Shown: in pieces, positions 8,703-19,015 of the stretch | Layout of the letters: every line of letters starts with the position of its first letter | How positions within the stretch are numbered: the first letter of the stretch is position 1 | DNA from: Bosea sp. (in: a-proteobacteria) | Lineage (GTDB): Bacteria; Pseudomonadota; Alphaproteobacteria; Rhizobiales; Beijerinckiaceae | DNA: 64,000 nucleotides | Direction: 5' to 3' | Assembly (NCBI RefSeq): GCF_017308015.1 | Contig: NZ_JAFKFW010000017.1 | Coordinates: 16,783-80,782 of the forward strand | Position numbers and translations under genes: made by a program | The notes under the pieces: model-generated | Database searches by the model: none | The model's input: only the letters and a program-made list of their open reading frames with translations | Told to the model about the DNA's origin: nothing

Positions 8703-9293
8703 TTGAGCGTATTTGGTCATCTCGACTTCCCACTTGCGATTGCGAAAGGCTGGGCCTTGCCGAAATCCGAGCCGAAGCTGATCGAGAGCGAGGTTTCGGC
8801 GGCCGAAGCGGCGAAGCTGATCGGGAAAACGGGCACCTGGCTCCGCGAATTGGTCGCGCAAGGCTTCATCGCGCGATCGAAGCGCGGCCGGTACCGGATC
8901 ATCGACGTGGCGCAGGGCGCGCTGCGCTATCGGGATGACGAGGCGAAGAAATCCTCGAAGTCGGCCTCGTCCGACCGGATCAGGGACAAGCGGTCGGAGG
9001 AGATTGAGCTCCGCATCCTCGACCGCTCCGGGGAACTCGTCACCCACGCGCGGACGGAAGGTCTGGCGGTCGTCGACATGGCGCTCGGCGGCCTCAGAGC
9101 CGACCTGGCAGCGGCGCCCGCGCGGATCACATCCGACCTTGAGTTGCGGCGAAAGATCGAGACGGTTCTGAATGACGCTCTGCGAGCGGCTGCTACCCGC
9201 GCAGGAAATGCGGCGCGCGGCATCGAAGAGGGTGATGAGCCTTCTGATGCCGGCGGATCAATCGACGCCGGACACTTGGGCGCGGTCCAATAG
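8703..9293 (+). CDS. Terminase small subunit (Nu1-like)
   Basis: N-terminal wHTH (VSAAEAAKLIG.T..W...L...G) plus coiled coil; directly precedes terL; start uncertain. Confidence 0.75.
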   Translation: MSVFGHLDFPLAIAKGWALPKSEPKLIESEVSAAEAAKLIGKTGTWLRELVAQGFIARSKRGRYRIIDVAQGALRYRDDEAKKSSKSASSDRIRDKRSEEIELRILDRSGELVTHARTEGLAVVDMALGGLRADLAAAPARITSDLELRRKIETVLNDALRAAATRAGNAARGIEEGDEPSDAGGSIDAGHLGAVQ

Positions 9294-11172
9294 GGTCTAC
9301 CCGATCAGCGCGGGCAAACCCGGCCCTCGCGATCCGTCTGTCACGCCGTACGCGATCCCGTTCGCTCAGTTCTTCGACGACCCCCGCTATGAAACGGCGG
9401 TCTTCGTCACCGGCACCCAGTGCGGGAAGACCGACACTCAGCTCGACGCCATCGGGTGGCGCCTCGACACGAAGCCACGGCCGATCCTCTATGTCGGGCC
9501 GTCTCGGGAGTTCGTCGCAGAGCAGTTCGAGCCTCGGCTCATGGCGCTGTTCGACCAGTCGAAGCGGCTGGCCGATCGCGTCGCGCGTGGCAAGCGCAAC
9601 AAGAAGCTGAAGAAGATCGTCAACGGCGTCGGCGTCCGCCTCGCATGGGCCGGATCACCTACCTCGCTGTCATCCGACCAGGCCGGCGACGTCTACATCG
9701 ACGAATATTCGAAGATGTTTCGGACGAAGCAGAAGGCGGGCGACCCCTTCGTTCTGGCAAAGGCTCGCGCCGACACCTACGCCGATCGCAAGATCGCGGT
9801 CGCCTCGACGCCAGAGGATGGCAGCGTGACGACGGAGCGGGATGCGGCATCGGGGCTGGAATTCTGGGCCAAGGCCGATCCTGAGGAGATCACCTGCGCG
9901 ACCTGGAAGCGGTGGCAGGGCGGCACCCGGCATCACTGGGCTTGGAAATGCCCGCATTGCGCCGATTGGTTCATCCCGCGCTATCGAGATCTGAAGCCAC
10001 CTGAGAATGCCACGACCGGTCAAATCCGGCGCGAAACGGTGCTGATCTGCCCCGTCAACGGCTGCATCATCGATGAGACACACAAGGAGGCGATGAACGC
10101 CGGCGGCAAGTATGTCGCGCCCGGCGAGTTCGTCCGCGAAGACGGCACGATTGGCGGGGATCCAGAGGACACTACGACGCTGAGCCTCTGGGTCTCTGGG
10201 CTGGCTTCGCCATTCGTGACCTGGGGCGAGCGTGTCGCGGAGGTCGTCGAGGCCGAGGCGACGGGTGACCCGGCTTCGGTCAAGGCGGCGCTGAACAAGG
10301 TCGGCGAGCTCTATTCGCACCGGCCAGCCTCGATGCTGGGAGAGGACGATGTCGATGCGAAGGTCGTCGCCGGTCATGTCATCGGGCGCCCGCCGCGCGA
10401 GGTGCTTCGGCTGACGCTCGGGGCCGACGTCCAAGGCAACCGGATCGTTTATGTCGTGCGGGGCTGGGGCTCCGCTGCCCGCTCTTGGCTCGTCGATCGC
10501 GGCGAGGTCTGGGGGCGGACCAAGGAAGAAAAGGTCTGGTCCGACTTCGAGCTCGTGCTGCAGAAGACCTGGGCCGGGCTGAGGATCGAGAAGGCGTTGA
10601 TCGACTCGGGCTTCCGGCCCGACAAGAAGGACGCGGGCGACTACCACAAGGTCTACGCTTTCTGCCGGCGCTGGAACTGGCTTTGCACCCCGACGAAGGG
10701 CCAGAAGCGCCAATCGACGCCTATCATCGTTCGCCAGGTCGAAGTGACGACCGAGGGCAAGAAAGAGACCTTCGGCCTCAACCTCGCGCACGTCGACACC
10801 GACTACTTCAAGTCGCTGGTTCACTCGCGCTTGTGGACGCCGGCCGATCAGCCGGGCTCGCTACACATCGCCGAGGACGCTGGCGAGGATTACCGCCGCC
10901 AGATCGTCTCGGAGTTCCGTGGCGATGACGGCGTCTGGCACCAGACGCATCGTGAGAACCACTATCTGGACTGCGAAGTCTTGGCTGCCGTCGGCGGCTT
11001 CCTGATCAAGGCCCACACGATTCCGGAGGGTGTCTTCCGGGAGGGTGCTGAGGACGAAGACGATGTCGGGGGCGAGGGCGTCGCCGAGAACCTTCAAGCC
11101 ATCGTGGCTCAGGCGGCAGGCATGACTCTCCGCGAGCGGATGGCAGCGCGCGCCGCGCGGTTGAACCGATAA
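9172..11172 (+). CDS. Terminase large subunit (lambda gpA family)
   Basis: GTQCGKT Walker A, YIDE Walker B, CPHC/CPVNGC, GADVQ, IDSG, NHYLDC; true start may be slightly downstream. Confidence 0.95.
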   Translation: MTLCERLLPAQEMRRAASKRVMSLLMPADQSTPDTWARSNRVYPISAGKPGPRDPSVTPYAIPFAQFFDDPRYETAVFVTGTQCGKTDTQLDAIGWRLDTKPRPILYVGPSREFVAEQFEPRLMALFDQSKRLADRVARGKRNKKLKKIVNGVGVRLAWAGSPTSLSSDQAGDVYIDEYSKMFRTKQKAGDPFVLAKARADTYADRKIAVASTPEDGSVTTERDAASGLEFWAKADPEEITCATWKRWQGGTRHHWAWKCPHCADWFIPRYRDLKPPENATTGQIRRETVLICPVNGCIIDETHKEAMNAGGKYVAPGEFVREDGTIGGDPEDTTTLSLWVSGLASPFVTWGERVAEVVEAEATGDPASVKAALNKVGELYSHRPASMLGEDDVDAKVVAGHVIGRPPREVLRLTLGADVQGNRIVYVVRGWGSAARSWLVDRGEVWGRTKEEKVWSDFELVLQKTWAGLRIEKALIDSGFRPDKKDAGDYHKVYAFCRRWNWLCTPTKGQKRQSTPIIVRQVEVTTEGKKETFGLNLAHVDTDYFKSLVHSRLWTPADQPGSLHIAEDAGEDYRRQIVSEFRGDDGVWHQTHRENHYLDCEVLAAVGGFLIKAHTIPEGVFREGAEDEDDVGGEGVAENLQAIVAQAAGMTLRERMAARAARLNR

Positions 11173-11181
11173 GGGCGACGA

Positions 11182-12774
11182 ATGGGTCTGTTGAACTGGC
11201 TGAAGAGCGAGAAGGCTGCGCCTCCCGCTTCTCCCGCTCCGGCACAGCCGCGCCCCTCGTCATCGTATATGCGCGGCGAGCGCAGCCCGACGTTCATGGG
11301 TTGGCAGCCCGCGCTCAGAGAGCCTGCGGCCGAGGTGCGCGATAGCTGGCAGATGGCGGCCGCCCGCAGCCTCGACGCGGCTCAGAATTCCGGCTTCATC
11401 GCCGGGGCGATCGATCAGGCAGTCGCGAACACCGTTGGCAATGGCCTGCGTTTGAACGCTCGCCCTGATGCAGACGCCTTCGGTCTCACGACGAAGGAGG
11501 CAGGAGACCTCGGCCGACGGATTGAGACCGCGTTCCAGCTCTATAGCGACAGCGCGATCGACGTGGATGCCGAGGCTAGGAAAACACACGGTCATCTCCA
11601 GGCTTCCGCGTTCCGGCACTGGCTCGGCACGGGCGAAATCTTTGCCGGGCTGCCATTCTTCGTCCGGAAGGGCGGCGCCTGGGCGACCAAGGTTCGGCTC
11701 GTCCCTGCCAGCCGGGTCGCGCCGCGTTCCGACGGAACCGGCAAGCTGGTTCATGGCGTCCGATTGGACACCTACGGCGCCGCGATGGGCTACCTGTTCC
11801 GATCCGGGAGCGTCGATCGCATCTTCGGGACTGAAACGGAGATTCCGGCGCGGGATCGCTTCGGCCGACCCGTTGTCGTGCATTGCTTCGACGGTCTGCC
11901 TGGCGCGGTGCGTGGCATCTCGCCTTTGACACCGGTCCTTCGAGTTACCCGCCAGTTCGATCAGCTCGCCGATGCCACGCTGACAGCTGCGATCATCCAG
12001 GCCGTATTCGCCGCCACCATTGAGGGGGACGCGCCGACGCAGGATATGCTCCGCGCCCTCCAGACGCCGCAGGAGGCGGCCAAGGGCGATGTCGCTCCGA
12101 TGGACGCATGGATGGATGCGACGGCGGGCTGGTACGATAACACCAAGATCGACCTCGGCCTCGCCGGCAAGTTCGTCCACCTGTACCCCGGCCAGAAGCT
12201 GAATTTTCACGAGGCGAAGCTCACCGGCGGCAATTACGAGCCCTTCGCGAAGTTCCTACTCCGCGAAGTGGCGCGCTGCCTGGGGCAGACCTTCGAGAGC
12301 GTCGCGGCGGATTGGAACGGGACGACGTACACAGGAGCCCGGATCGCGACGACCGAGATCCACGCCGTCACCCTCTATCGCCGCAAGAACATCCTGACTC
12401 CGTTCTGCCAGGCGACCTATGAGGCTTGGCTGGAGGAGGCGATTGACCTTGGCCGGGTGAAGTGGCCGGGCGGGATGGCGGCGTTTCTCGCAAACCGCCC
12501 CGCAGCTTGCAAGGCCATCTGGCGCGGCACGTCGAAGCCGGTAGCTGACGACCTCAAGACGGCGAAGGCTCATGAGATCTGGGCTCGCCTTGGCGTCATG
12601 ACCGACGAGATGATCGCAAACGAGCTCGGCGTCGATATCGAGGACGTCTACGAGCAGCGCCAGCGCGAGATGCAGATGCGCCGCGAGTACGGACTGCCAG
12701 ATCCGACCTTCGCTGGGCTCGCAAAGGACAGCGGGTCCGATCCCGCGGATGATCAAGATGCCGAGGCGGCGTGA
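11182..12774 (+). CDS. Portal protein (lambda gpB family)
   Basis: VG.GL..NA.PD, HGV..D.YG....Y, RGISPL.P, GVMT motifs; 530 aa after terL. Confidence 0.93.
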   Translation: MGLLNWLKSEKAAPPASPAPAQPRPSSSYMRGERSPTFMGWQPALREPAAEVRDSWQMAAARSLDAAQNSGFIAGAIDQAVANTVGNGLRLNARPDADAFGLTTKEAGDLGRRIETAFQLYSDSAIDVDAEARKTHGHLQASAFRHWLGTGEIFAGLPFFVRKGGAWATKVRLVPASRVAPRSDGTGKLVHGVRLDTYGAAMGYLFRSGSVDRIFGTETEIPARDRFGRPVVVHCFDGLPGAVRGISPLTPVLRVTRQFDQLADATLTAAIIQAVFAATIEGDAPTQDMLRALQTPQEAAKGDVAPMDAWMDATAGWYDNTKIDLGLAGKFVHLYPGQKLNFHEAKLTGGNYEPFAKFLLREVARCLGQTFESVAADWNGTTYTGARIATTEIHAVTLYRRKNILTPFCQATYEAWLEEAIDLGRVKWPGGMAAFLANRPAACKAIWRGTSKPVADDLKTAKAHEIWARLGVMTDEMIANELGVDIEDVYEQRQREMQMRREYGLPDPTFAGLAKDSGSDPADDQDAEAA

Positions 12775-13010
12775 TGGCAGATCTGATCGACTGGTCGGAC
12801 CCCTGCGCTGTCCTGCCGCTGATGCGCGAGCGCTATTACGCGCTCGTCAGCGGGGAGAGCGTCAAAGAGCTTCGCCACAACGGCAAAGTCATCATCAACG
12901 CCACGACGAAAGCGTCTGACCTCCTCGGGGTCATCCGCGAACTCGAGCGCGCCTGCGCCGAGAAGCAAGGCCTGCCATCTGCCGGCCGCTTCGCCTTCCG
13001 AGCGGGATAG
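12774..13010 (+). CDS. gpW-like head completion protein
   Basis: Small protein with L..G....E...NG, L...I..LE pattern; overlaps the portal stop. Confidence 0.7.
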   Translation: MADLIDWSDPCAVLPLMRERYYALVSGESVKELRHNGKVIINATTKASDLLGVIRELERACAEKQGLPSAGRFAFRAG

Positions 13011-13014
13011 GTTC

Positions 13015-14340
13015 ATGTCCAATCTGATCCACATTGCCGACCGGGCGCTGAACCGGCCGCTGCTCATCACGCCTGACAAGGCCGCTGTAATCATGTCGGT
13101 GATCGGCGGCCGTATCGGCATCGATGCATCGGCGCTTACGCCGGATGCCAGCCGATTCGTCGGTGAGAGCGTCGAGCGGGACGGCAACGGCCGCGCGGTT
13201 TCGGGGCTGCCGTATAAGCGAACTCAGGACGGCGTTGGAATTCTCACGGTTACTGGCTCGCTGGTGAACCGCGGTGCTTGGATCGGAGCTTCTTCGGGGC
13301 TTACCAGCTACGAGGGGATCAAGTTTCAGCTTCAGGCACTGGCCGCAGATCCCAAGGTCAGTTCTATCATCCTCGATATGCAATCGCCTGGCGGCGAGGC
13401 GGTCGGCGCCTTCGAGACCGCCGAAGTTGTGCGCCAGGTAGCGGCTCAAAAGCCCATCATCGCGGTCGTCAACGGCATGGCGGCCTCGGCGGGTTACGCG
13501 ATTGTCGCAGGCGCAACGGAGATCGTCACTACCGAAACCGGTGTGTCTGGCTCGATCGGCGTGGTCCTCCTCCACGCGGATTATTCGGGCCAGCTGGCGG
13601 AAGAGGGCATCAAGCCGACGCTTATCTTCGCCGGCGACCACAAGGTCGACGCCAACCCGTTCGAGCCACTGCCGGAAAGCGTGCGCGCTGACCTTCAGGC
13701 CGAGGTCAACGCCTTCTACGAAAAGTTTTTGACGACCGTCGCTGCTGGGCGGGGCTCGCGTATGAGCCGCGAGCGGGCGCGCGAAACCCAAGCTCGCACT
13801 TTCATCGGGGAAGCCGCCGTCGCAGCCGGCCTGGCCGACCGGGTCGGCAGCTTCGAATCCGTTCTTTCCGAACTTTCCACCCGCGCCCGAGCAGGGCGCT
13901 CCACCTCGCAAAAGCCCGGAGGGATTATGAGCGAGAACAACGGTGCGCCCGCCGCCGAGACCACGGGCATTTCGCAGGCTCAGCACGATGCCGCGCTTGC
14001 AAGCGCGCGCACCGCCTCGAAGGCCGATGGCGTCACAGAAGCGAATGCGCGCCTCGCTGCGATCTTCGCGACTGACGGCATCAAGGGCAGCGCTGCACGC
14101 ATGCAGGCCGCTGCTGATCTTGCGGTGAAAGCTCCCGGCATGTCCGCTGAGGACGTGGCGGCCTTCGTCACTGGTTCTGTCCCGGCTTCGGCGGCCTCGA
14201 ACTCGCTCAGCGATCGCGAGCATCCGGCGAATGCGCTGGGCGGCAACCCGCCGTCTCAGAGCACCGACGAAGAGCGCATCGCTCGCATCACCGGCAACTA
14301 CCGCGGCTCCTCCGGCGCCTCGGCTCCCCGCAATTCCTGA
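13015..14340 (+). CDS. Prohead protease (S49, lambda gpC) with C-terminal scaffold
   Basis: G.L.NR, LDMQSPGG, ASAGYAI, GSIGV motifs. Confidence 0.92.
   Translation: MSNLIHIADRALNRPLLITPDKAAVIMSVIGGRIGIDASALTPDASRFVGESVERDGNGRAVSGLPYKRTQDGVGILTVTGSLVNRGAWIGASSGLTSYEGIKFQLQALAADPKVSSIILDMQSPGGEAVGAFETAEVVRQVAAQKPIIAVVNGMAASAGYAIVAGATEIVTTETGVSGSIGVVLLHADYSGQLAEEGIKPTLIFAGDHKVDANPFEPLPESVRADLQAEVNAFYEKFLTTVAAGRGSRMSRERARETQARTFIGEAAVAAGLADRVGSFESVLSELSTRARAGRSTSQKPGGIMSENNGAPAAETTGISQAQHDAALASARTASKADGVTEANARLAAIFATDGIKGSAARMQAAADLAVKAPGMSAEDVAAFVTGSVPASAASNSLSDREHPANALGGNPPSQSTDEERIARITGNYRGSSGASAPRNS
13927..14340 (+). CDS. Nu3-like scaffolding protein from an internal in-frame start
   Basis: GGAGGG-ATT-ATG at 13927, in frame with gpC; Ala-rich C-terminal segment. 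Confidence 0.6.
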   Translation: MSENNGAPAAETTGISQAQHDAALASARTASKADGVTEANARLAAIFATDGIKGSAARMQAAADLAVKAPGMSAEDVAAFVTGSVPASAASNSLSDREHPANALGGNPPSQSTDEERIARITGNYRGSSGASAPRNS

Positions 14341-14355
14341 TCTCGGAGACGCCCC

Positions 14356-14763
14356 ATGGCTGTGACCACGATCCCCCTGAGCCAAGCCGGCATTGCCAGC
14401 GGCGAGCTCAACGATGGCTTTGTTTCGCAGGAGCTTTTCAACTCCGCTGTTCCGCTGCCGGTGACCGAAGATTTCCCGGTGGGTGAGAACACCACTCTGG
14501 AAGCCTTTTCCGTCGTCGGCCTGTCCAGCGGCAATCTGGTTATGGCGAAGACCTCCTCGACCGCGGTTGTCCCGATCGGCATCACCACCGCCAAGGTCGT
14601 AACCGGCGCCGGCGTCACCGACCGCATTGCCATCTATCGCGCTGGCAATTTCAACCCGGCTGCCCTCGTCTGGCATGCCGACTACAGCACCGACGATCTC
14701 AAAGCTGCCGCGTTCCGCGGTTCGCCATCCCCCACCAACATCGTCATCCGGAAGCGTCTCTGA
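14356..14763 (+). CDS. Head decoration protein (gpD-like)
   Basis: Between protease and MCP; P.GI......Y..G.FN..AL.W motif. Confidence 0.85.
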   Translation: MAVTTIPLSQAGIASGELNDGFVSQELFNSAVPLPVTEDFPVGENTTLEAFSVVGLSSGNLVMAKTSSTAVVPIGITTAKVVTGAGVTDRIAIYRAGNFNPAALVWHADYSTDDLKAAAFRGSPSPTNIVIRKRL

Positions 14764-14787
14764 CGCCATCGCTCAAGGAGAGAAGAC

Positions 14788-15843
14788 ATGGCGTTCGACC
14801 GCTACGAGCTTTGGAATACTCACACGCTGCTCGGCGTGTATCGCGAAACCGACCCGGTTCAGAGCTACTGGCTCGACCTGCTTTTCCCGAACGAGATTTC
14901 GTCGACCGACGAATACATCGACTTCGAGAAGATCCCGCGCGTTGGCCGCAAGCTGGCGCCGTTCGTCGCGCCGCTGGCGCAGGGCCGTCCGATCTACGAG
15001 GAGGGCGGTCGTGTAGCTCGCTTCCGGCCGGCGTACCTGAAGCCCAGCGACCCGGTGACGCCGACGCGCGCGCTCTCTCGCCGGCCTGGTACGCTGCTCT
15101 CGCCTTCGCAGGTCAGCCCGCAGGCTCGCTACGATGCGATCAAGGCGGACATCCTGGCCTATCACCGCATCGCCATCGAGCGCCGTTGGGAATGGCTTGC
15201 CGCGCAGGCCATCATCAATGGCAAGGTGACGGTGGATGGCGACGACTATCCGGCGCAGCTCGTCGACTTCGGGCGCGCAGCAGGCCACACCATCGTGCTC
15301 GGCTCGGGTTCGCGCTGGGGCGAGAACGGCATCTCGATCCTCGACAACATCCAGTCCTGGATGGACACCATGCACACCGCCGACTTCGGCGGCGCGCCCA
15401 ATCGTCTGACGGTCGGTACCGCCGTTTGGGGCGTGATGCGCAAGGACGCCGAGATCAAGGCTGCGATGGACACCAACTATCGCATGAACCGCACGGTTGA
15501 TCTGCAGACGACTGGCCTGAACACTCCAAGCGAGGCCCGTTACGTCGGCACGCTTGGTGCCGGGCTCGAGGTGTGGGTCTACAACGACTATTACACCGTC
15601 GCGGGGTCGGTAACCCCGTTCATGTCCTCGAAGGACATCGTCCTGAGCGGCCCGAATGTTCAGGGCTATCGATGCTTTGGCGCGATCATCGACGTCAACG
15701 CCGACTTCCAGGCGCTGCCGGTCTTCCCCCGCAACTACATCGTCCCCGGCGACGTCGCGATCGAGCAGATCGTGACCCAGTCGGCGCCGCTGATGGTGCC
15801 GGTGAACCCGAACGCCACCCTCAAAGCCACCGTCCTGGCGTAA
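14788..15843 (+). CDS. Major capsid protein (lambda gpE family)
   Basis: LAPFVAP..QG, F.PAY.KP, IE.R.EW.AAQA...GK; 351 aa. Confidence 0.93.
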   Translation: MAFDRYELWNTHTLLGVYRETDPVQSYWLDLLFPNEISSTDEYIDFEKIPRVGRKLAPFVAPLAQGRPIYEEGGRVARFRPAYLKPSDPVTPTRALSRRPGTLLSPSQVSPQARYDAIKADILAYHRIAIERRWEWLAAQAIINGKVTVDGDDYPAQLVDFGRAAGHTIVLGSGSRWGENGISILDNIQSWMDTMHTADFGGAPNRLTVGTAVWGVMRKDAEIKAAMDTNYRMNRTVDLQTTGLNTPSEARYVGTLGAGLEVWVYNDYYTVAGSVTPFMSSKDIVLSGPNVQGYRCFGAIIDVNADFQALPVFPRNYIVPGDVAIEQIVTQSAPLMVPVNPNATLKATVLA

Positions 15844-15853
15844 GGAGAGAGCA

Positions 15854-16063
15854 ATGGCCAAGGCAATCGCAATCAATGCGCTGAAGGTCTGCTCGAAGCC
15901 CGCCGTCATGAAGGACGGCAAGGTGGAGACGCCGCCGCAGATCGACGACATCGCACCGGGCAAGACGTTCGAGTGCAGCGACGATGATCTGGAGTTCTTC
16001 ATCGCCCAGGGTGCGGCCAAGCCTGCTGGCAAGGCTGAGCCCGAGAAGCCCGCCTCCAAGTGA
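15854..16063 (+). CDS. Small head-associated hypothetical protein
   Basis: GGAGAG RBS; follows MCP. Confidence 0.7.
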   Translation: MAKAIAINALKVCSKPAVMKDGKVETPPQIDDIAPGKTFECSDDDLEFFIAQGAAKPAGKAEPEKPASK

Positions 16064-16075
16064 TCGGCGCCCGCC

Positions 16076-16465
16076 ATGTCTCGTTTCGGCCAGCTATGGC
16101 GGGCGAACTATCGCAAACTGGAAGCCGCGTTCGGTGAAGAGCTCGGCTTCCGCTATCTGCCGATGCGCCGCGTCGACCAGAACGCCAAGCCGACTGAAGA
16201 CCCGAACCGAGATCAATTCGACTTCAGCGGCATTTTCGACGCTGAGCCGGCCACGAGCCAATTCGATGGGCGGGGCAGGGCGGGCAACTGGTCAGAACCT
16301 ATTGTCTCGGCACCGCCCCAACTCGACGTCGCCATGTGCGTCTTCCCGGAGAAGCCTCGCATCGGTGACCGAGTCGTCTACCAGGCGATGGATGAGACTT
16401 ACGAGATTTCCGAGGTGCGCGAGTCCGAACTCGGCCGCCTGATCCTACGCCTCAACAAGGCTTGA
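16076..16465 (+). CDS. Head-tail joining/closure protein (FII-like position)
   Basis: Position and size; P..GDRV....E.YEI motif. Confidence 0.6.
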   Translation: MSRFGQLWRANYRKLEAAFGEELGFRYLPMRRVDQNAKPTEDPNRDQFDFSGIFDAEPATSQFDGRGRAGNWSEPIVSAPPQLDVAMCVFPEKPRIGDRVVYQAMDETYEISEVRESELGRLILRLNKA

Positions 16466-16471
16466 CCCAGC

Positions 16472-17236
16472 ATGTCCATGGCGATCGACGCTCTGCGCCT
16501 CGGCGTGGTGCAAGCCCTGTCGGCTGATCCGGTCATCGCCGGTATCGTCGCCGATCGCGTGTTGGATAGCCGCATGTCCGCCTATTCCGACGGCGAGCCG
16601 GTTCCGATCATCTCGGTCTATACCGAAGAGGACACCGGGGAGCCTTGGTCTGCGAACAACGGCGGTCCTTCGTGGGACACGACAGTCGACCTCGTCCTGG
16701 AGATCATGTTCCAGACGCGGGCGACGTCGGATACGGGCGAGCCGCTGATTGGGATCGCGGAGACCAACCGCGAGACTGAAGCGCTGCTCAACCTGCTGCG
16801 CACCCGCTGCGAATACGTGATTGCAGCCGGTGACAGCCCGTGGTCGCTGCTTCTGCGCGAACAAGTCATTCGAAGGGTCACCGAGACCAACTCGAAGCGA
16901 TTCCGCACCGACGACGCCGCCACCAAAGCGGCGCTCCGGCTTGTCACGCTGAAGGTTCAGATCAAGTGCGACGAGGACGATGACCCGGTCACGCCGCCGT
17001 CTGGCCCCTTCGCCACTCTCCCCAATCCACTCCGCGCGATCTGCGAGGCTATGCCCGACGGGTCCAGCGGGCAGGCAGCCTGCACGCTGCTGAACGCTGC
17101 CATGGCCGCGGCTACCAGCCCTGCCGTCCCCTTCGAGGGCGCCGACATGGTGATCCGGCCGGGCCCGAAACCTCGCCCTGATCCGACAGATGGCGCCGAG
17201 TTCGGCGCGACAGCCAACACCGAGGACACCCCATGA
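16472..17236 (+). CDS. Tail completion/terminator-like protein
   Basis: Position before the sheath; P.ISVYT motif. Confidence 0.55.
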   Translation: MSMAIDALRLGVVQALSADPVIAGIVADRVLDSRMSAYSDGEPVPIISVYTEEDTGEPWSANNGGPSWDTTVDLVLEIMFQTRATSDTGEPLIGIAETNRETEALLNLLRTRCEYVIAAGDSPWSLLLREQVIRRVTETNSKRFRTDDAATKAALRLVTLKVQIKCDEDDDPVTPPSGPFATLPNPLRAICEAMPDGSSGQAACTLLNAAMAAATSPAVPFEGADMVIRPGPKPRPDPTDGAEFGATANTEDTP

Positions 17237-17430
17237 GCGAGACGTTCTTCGTCAAGCCCGCGACGCGCGGCGCGACCATCATCGATCCGACCTCGAACGA
17301 GGCCCTGGATGCGAAGGGAGCGGAGAAGCCCCGCGATCCGTACTGGCTCGGGCTCGTCCATCGCGGCGACGTCGTCGAGATCGACCCGCCGGCTTCCGAC
17401 GAGCCGAAGTCCAAGTCCGCCAAGAGCTGA
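17233..17430 (+). CDS. DUF2635 / Mu gp38-like protein
   Basis: VKP..G..I.DP.....L...G.......YW...V..GDV motif just before the sheath. Confidence 0.8.
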   Translation: MSETFFVKPATRGATIIDPTSNEALDAKGAEKPRDPYWLGLVHRGDVVEIDPPASDEPKSKSAKS

Positions 17431-17458
17431 TCCACCTTAACCGACCGGAGACCCGCAG

Positions 17459-18982
17459 ATGGTCGTCGCTTTCAACGCTATCCCCGGCAACCTCCGGGTT
17501 CCGCTGTTCTATGCCGAGTTCAACTCGGCGGGCTCGCCGTTCAGCGGCTATTCGCGCCAAGTGCTGGTCGGCCACAAGCTCTCCGGCGGCATCGCCTCGG
17601 TCGGCTCGCTGATCAACATCGGTGGCTTTGACCCGCGCCTCCTGTTCGGCAACGGCTCCATGCTCTGTGACATGGCGCTCTATGCTCGCGAGATGGACCC
17701 GGTCGGCGAGATCTATGCTCTCGCGCTCGCTGAGCCCAATACGCCGACCGCTGCGTCTGGAACGGTCGTGTTCAGCGGCACCGCGACCAGCGCCGGCACG
17801 ATGGCTCGCTGGATTGCCGGCGAGATGGTCTCGATCGCCTATGCGGTTGGCGACACGGCAGCGACCCTCGCGGCGCGCTTTGCTGCGGCGGTGAACGCTG
17901 GCTACGTCAAGTTCAACAAGGCCGTGCTCTTCCCGGTCACGACAGGCGTGTCGACCGGAACGGTGACGCTGACCGCGCGGCACGGCGGCACGATCGGCAA
18001 CTCGATCCGCATCGATACCGATCTGGACCCGGGCTACTCTGACCCCGCAGGCATCACGATCACTCACGGCGCCGCCCTGACCTCGGGCGCCGGCGTTGTC
18101 GACTTCGCCGCTGCGCTCGCGCTCCTGGGGTCCTCCCCGGCAGAGTGGATTGCAGCACCGTTCGTCACGAGCACGCAGCTCGACGCTGCGCGCGCTTTCC
18201 TCGCCGACACCGGCTCTGGCCGTTGGGCCCCGCTGCAGCAGATGCACGGCCATTACACGACGGTGATGGACGACACGCTGGCGAACCTGACCTCCTTCGG
18301 GAATGGCCGGAACGATCGTCACGCCACGATCGTCGGCGTCAGGAATGCTCCGCACCCGCCGTGGTGCTGGGCTGCGGCGGTCAACGGCGCGCTCGGCTTC
18401 TCCAAGAACCTCGCCCGCCCGATCACCGAGGCCGTCGAGATCGCGCGCCCGCTGCAGACCATCGTCCTCAACGGCCTGCGGGCGCCGAAGGCCCAGACCG
18501 ATCGTTGGTCCGTGACCGATCGACAGAGCCTCTACTCCAATGGCATCGCCGCTTGCGTCGTGCGGGCCGATGGCCAGGTCGCCATCGATCGTCTGGTTAC
18601 GACCGAGCAGAAGAACGCCTTCAATCAGCCCGACGCGACCTTCCTGGACGTGGAGACGCTTGCCCAGTCGGCTTATGTCGGCCGCTACATGCGGAACGTT
18701 GTCGAGTCCAACTTCCCGCGGCATGTCCTCAAGGACGACAACCCCCGCAACCTGCAGGGCGTTGTCACCCCGAAGGCAGCCCGCGACGTCCTGATCCACG
18801 CCTATGGCGAGCTCTGCGATGTCGCTGGCATCTGCGAGGGCAAGGACCGCTTCGCACGGGACGTGATCGTCGAGCGGTCGAGCGATCCGAACCGACTCAA
18901 CGCTTATCTGCCGGTCGACACCGCGAACCAGCTTCGCGTCTTTGCCGCGAACATCTCCGTCTCGACGCAGCTCGCGGCCTGA
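17459..18982 (+). CDS. Tail sheath protein (Mu gpL-like)
   Basis: F..IP.NLRVPLFY.EF, FG.GSML..M, RPLQT..L.G, L..G, R.VTT.Q.NA.G/N..D..FLD motifs. Confidence 0.93.
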   Translation: MVVAFNAIPGNLRVPLFYAEFNSAGSPFSGYSRQVLVGHKLSGGIASVGSLINIGGFDPRLLFGNGSMLCDMALYAREMDPVGEIYALALAEPNTPTAASGTVVFSGTATSAGTMARWIAGEMVSIAYAVGDTAATLAARFAAAVNAGYVKFNKAVLFPVTTGVSTGTVTLTARHGGTIGNSIRIDTDLDPGYSDPAGITITHGAALTSGAGVVDFAAALALLGSSPAEWIAAPFVTSTQLDAARAFLADTGSGRWAPLQQMHGHYTTVMDDTLANLTSFGNGRNDRHATIVGVRNAPHPPWCWAAAVNGALGFSKNLARPITEAVEIARPLQTIVLNGLRAPKAQTDRWSVTDRQSLYSNGIAACVVRADGQVAIDRLVTTEQKNAFNQPDATFLDVETLAQSAYVGRYMRNVVESNFPRHVLKDDNPRNLQGVVTPKAARDVLIHAYGELCDVAGICEGKDRFARDVIVERSSDPNRLNAYLPVDTANQLRVFAANISVSTQLAA

Positions 18983-19015
18983 CGTCCGTCACTCTGAGAA
19001 CACTGGAGCACCATC

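Noticed and set aside
12931-14769. Long minus-strand ORFs over head and tail genes (also 9670..10824, 11260..12210, 14773..16077, 17279..18799, 26585..27850)
   Set aside because: Shadows of well-supported plus-strand structural genes
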